Source of the DNA: Zootoca vivipara
Taxonomy: Eukaryota
NCBI RefSeq assembly: GCF_963506605.1
Contig: NC_083287.1
Span: 35,092,001-35,156,000, forward strand
DNA: 64,000 bases
Reading direction: 5' to 3'
Of this stretch, positions 61,188 to 64,000 are shown piece by piece (positions within the stretch are counted from its first letter, which is position 1; each line of letters opens with the position of its first letter). The notes beneath the pieces are model-generated. The model had not been told where the DNA came from. It saw nothing but the letters and a program-made list of their open reading frames with translations, and made no database searches. The translations under genes were made by a program, and so were the position numbers.

Positions 61188-61973
61188 CTCGGCTGGATAA
61201 TTGCATTGCAAAATTTGGAGAAGTGCAAATTTGAAAGTGGGGGCTGTGCTCTGGTTCTCATTGTGTTTCAGAAAATGTGACTAGGGCAAGTTAACATTTA
61301 AATAAAAAGTGACCTGAATGTCTCCCCATCAGAATGTCTCTGATGGCGCCTGGGTGCCCCCGGGTGCCACATTGGCAACCCATGTTTTAGAGGATCCAGT
61401 GCCTTGGAGACTTACCTCAAGCTTTAAATCACTGACCATATCTGTAGAAAGTAAAAAACAACAACAAGGATCTACTGGTGGTAATGTTTGCTTTGAGTGT
61501 CACTGAAGTGTTAAGATATTTTCTAAATGTGCAGAAAGTGGAGGATCAGAAATGCATTCACCAGTAGCAACCCGAGAAAAAATAGGGCTGGGGAGGGTGA
61601 CAGAAGGAGGAAAGGGCATTTCTGCAAATGAAAGTGATGGGTGGTTGGCGAGGGACCCTGTGTGAGAGGCAGGGAAGGGAAGATCTCCAAGATTGGGCAG
61701 CTGGGAGAAGAAAAAAAAATCTAATACAAAACAAGAAAGAGTCAAAGGGCATTTCTGGAAGGGTGTGCAGTTTTACAAATGTTCCATGTTATAAAGTCAT
61801 GCATTTCAAACAGTGAGAAGCAGCATTTAGTTTAGTAGGCTTCTTTCAAGCTCAAATATTTTCCCCTTTGATAACTCAAACAAGTAAGAGTTCCTCCTCG
61901 ATTTGCCCTTGTTCCTTTTTTGGTAGATCCTCTTTCAACACCATATGCAAAACAGGAAATATTTTCTTCATAC

Positions 61974-62161
61974 CTTTAAATGGTCACGCCCACAGTTTTC
62001 TCCTCCTTCTGTGCTAAATTCTGAGAAGCTGTAGTTGAGTGTATTGCCAGTTGTAGTTTGGATGGTCCAGGAGCAAAGTGAATCCGGAGGATACTTATTA
62101 GGGTAGTTCAAACTCTCCAAGATGCCTTGGCTACGGTTGGCAATGACCACACCCTGGCAAA
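61974..62161 (-). CDS. CUBN: CUBN exon (~27), CUB8 N-half: ICQGVVIANRSQGILESLNYPNKYP...CGRDHLK
   Basis: tttttcacaag acceptor, AAG|gtatga donor; 188 nt, phase 1-0. Confidence 0.93.
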
Positions 62162-62245
62162 CTTGTGAAAAACATTTGGGGGGAAAAGGTTATACTTTCT
62201 AAAGTTTTCTTTTCTATATATTCAAAGAATCAACCAACACTAATA

Positions 62246-62504
62246 CAGTCATACCTTGGAAGTAGAACAGAATTCATTCCAGAAGTCCGTTCGACTTCCA
62301 AAACGTTCAGAAACCATAGCGCAGCTTCTGATTGGCTGCAGGAAGCTCCTGCAGCCAATCGGAAGCCGCAGAAGCCCCGTTGGACATTTGGCTTCCAGAA
62401 AAATTTCAAAAACTGGAACACTCACTTACGAAGTTTAAAAGGAACTTCAGGAGCCGAAACATACTGTACAAGTACCAAGGCATTTGACAACCAAGGTACA
62501 ACTG
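62246..62504. mobile_element. Tc1/mariner MITE
   Basis: ta|cagtcataccttgg ... ccaaggtacaactg|ta. Confidence 0.78.
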
Positions 62505-62632
62505 TAATATCTAAAGTAACAATGAGAGTCACATATATTTCATAGAGGAGAATTCCCCCCTGTTCATCATCTCTTATGTAATATTCCCCAACACTCTTTC
62601 CAAAAATCTCAGTGGCTTTATAAACATGTATT

Positions 62633-62634
62633 GA

Positions 62635-62689
<55 letters not shown>
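62633..62689. repeat. (GAAA)n microsatellite
   Basis: Direct reading. Confidence 0.95.
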
Positions 62690-63165
62690 CTATCTCAAAA
62701 CACCTGCTATGTCCATCCCAGACAATATATTTTATACAGTTTATCATCATTGTCTCATAGGACAAGTTTCTGGTTTAAGCAAATCTTTATAACAAGCTGG
62801 ATCACAGCAGCAGCACTACCAACATGCTGATTTCTTTTTTATTCGTGATTTTTTTAGGGGTGGAGGGAGATGGGGAAAAGGGAAAAATAGAGAAGGAACA
62901 AAATGGGATACAGTGTATCTTATACAGAAAGGGTGGGGAACCTCTGACCTGCAGGCCAAACATGGCCACTAGGGTTTTAAATTTGGTCTGAAGTTCAGCT
63001 TCATGGTCATGTTTCTTGGTCTTGCCATTACATACTTGAATAAATGGAAGTGGGGAAGGAACTTTTCAACTTGGATCAGGAAATGCCTGGCAAAGGTACG
63101 CGCACAGAGATAGCCGGAACTGGTTGCCACATTCATGTTATGGAAATCAAATTGTTAGTACTTAC

Positions 63166-63322
63166 TCTGCTTATAACGAGCAAAGAAACCTCCGCCTCCG
63201 AAAGTGGCATCTGTCCTTAGTTTTACATACAAACTGTCCCCAGTAGAGTGGAGGGTGGGTGGTATCCGATCATCACAAAATTTGCCCAACATCTTAGCAC
63301 TAGTACTGTTGCCATCATAGAC
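63166..63322 (-). CDS. CUBN: CUBN exon (~human exon 26), CUB7 C-half: VYDGNSTSAKMLGKFCDDRIPPTLHSTGDSLYVKLRTDATFGGGGFFARYKQ
   Basis: tatag|GTC acceptor, A|gtaag donor; 157 nt, phase 0-1; not in ORF track. Confidence 0.93.
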
Positions 63323-63550
63323 CTATATAGGGCAATAGAAACATAGAAGTAAAAACAATATTAGCTGACTACTAAATTGATCATACAGTATATAATTTTT
63401 GCATGGGTTAGATGTGCAGTGCAGTGGGAATTAATCTCGTATGCCTTCAAGAATGTATGCAAATGAGCACATGTTGAACATACTGCAATCCTATTGTGCA
63501 ATCCATGGGGTACAGCTAATTGAACTCACACAAGGCTAGCCAGACACATA

Positions 63551-63887
63551 CAGTGGAACCTTGGTTTATGAACACCTCGGTTTATGAATTTTCAGTTTAC
63601 GAACGCCGCGGACCCATCTGGAACAGATTAATTCACTTTCCATTACTTTCAATGGGAAAATTCGCTTCAGTTTATGAACGCTTCCGTTTATGAACAGACT
63701 TCCGGAGCCAATTACACCCATGCTTCGGGTTAAATACGCTTCAGGTTGAGTACTCCGCGGACCCGTCTGGAACGGATTAATCCACTTTCCATTACTTTCA
63801 ATGGGAAAGTTCGCTTCAGTTTATGAATGCTTCAGTTTATGAATAGACCTCCGGAACCAATTGTGTTCATAAACCGGGGTACCACTG
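63551..63887. mobile_element. Tc1/mariner MITE with internal tandem duplication
   Basis: ta|cagtggaaccttggtttatgaac ... gttcataaaccggggtaccactg|ta; internal block repeated twice. Confidence 0.85.
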
Positions 63888-64000
63888 TATTTGATTCACG
63901 ATACCATGAGATGTCTGCTGTGGGGTGCTTCTGTTTTGGCAATTATTTCATCCTGGTGCTGCAATTTATTTATTTTGCTGCATTATGTGCCACTTTTCCT

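Larger units (their letters stand above)
1049..63322 (-). other. CUBN: Cubilin gene, internal portion (29 coding exons, CUB7 C-half to CUB21 N-half); gene continues beyond both window ends
   Basis: Tandem CUB domains in the same order and with close similarity to mammalian cubilin (e.g. [63 protein letters not shown]). All exons have AG/GT(GC) ends and compatible phases; total 4947 nt. Confidence 0.97.

Noticed and set aside
62330-62360. Hairpin gattggctgcagg-aagct-cctgcagccaatc
   Set aside because: Internal symmetry of a mariner MITE.
1-64000. A novel multi-gene or prokaryote-like system
   Set aside because: All credible coding sequence is explained by CUBN exons and known retroelement ORF remnants.

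Overview
Eukaryotic (squamate, most likely lacertid lizard) genomic DNA. It holds the central part of the cubilin gene (CUBN) on the minus strand. I spliced 29 coding exons by hand (63322 down to 1049; 4947 nt, 1649 codons). All splice phases are compatible and the product runs from the C-terminal half of CUB7 through CUB8-CUB20 to the N-terminal half of CUB21, corresponding to human exons about 26-54 (numbering inferred by homology from memory). One intron uses a GC donor. The introns are filled with squamate repeats: CR1, L2, L1, RTE/BovB, Sauria and Squam3-like SINEs, Tc1/mariner and hAT MITEs, solo LTRs, Penelope-like remnants and microsatellites. There is one 135-N gap. I found no convincing new multi-gene system. 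The most interesting non-coding items are: (i) a Penelope-like insertion forming a ~180-bp inverted repeat with a minimal hammerhead ribozyme motif on each strand (33042-33480); (ii) a CR1 with a perfect 68-bp fold-back at its 5' end; (iii) a hAT MITE packed with ETS/YY1-like promoter motifs; (iv) an intact solo-LTR promoter antisense to CUBN; (v) microsatellites sitting on splice signals. Repeat boundaries without TSDs are approximate.
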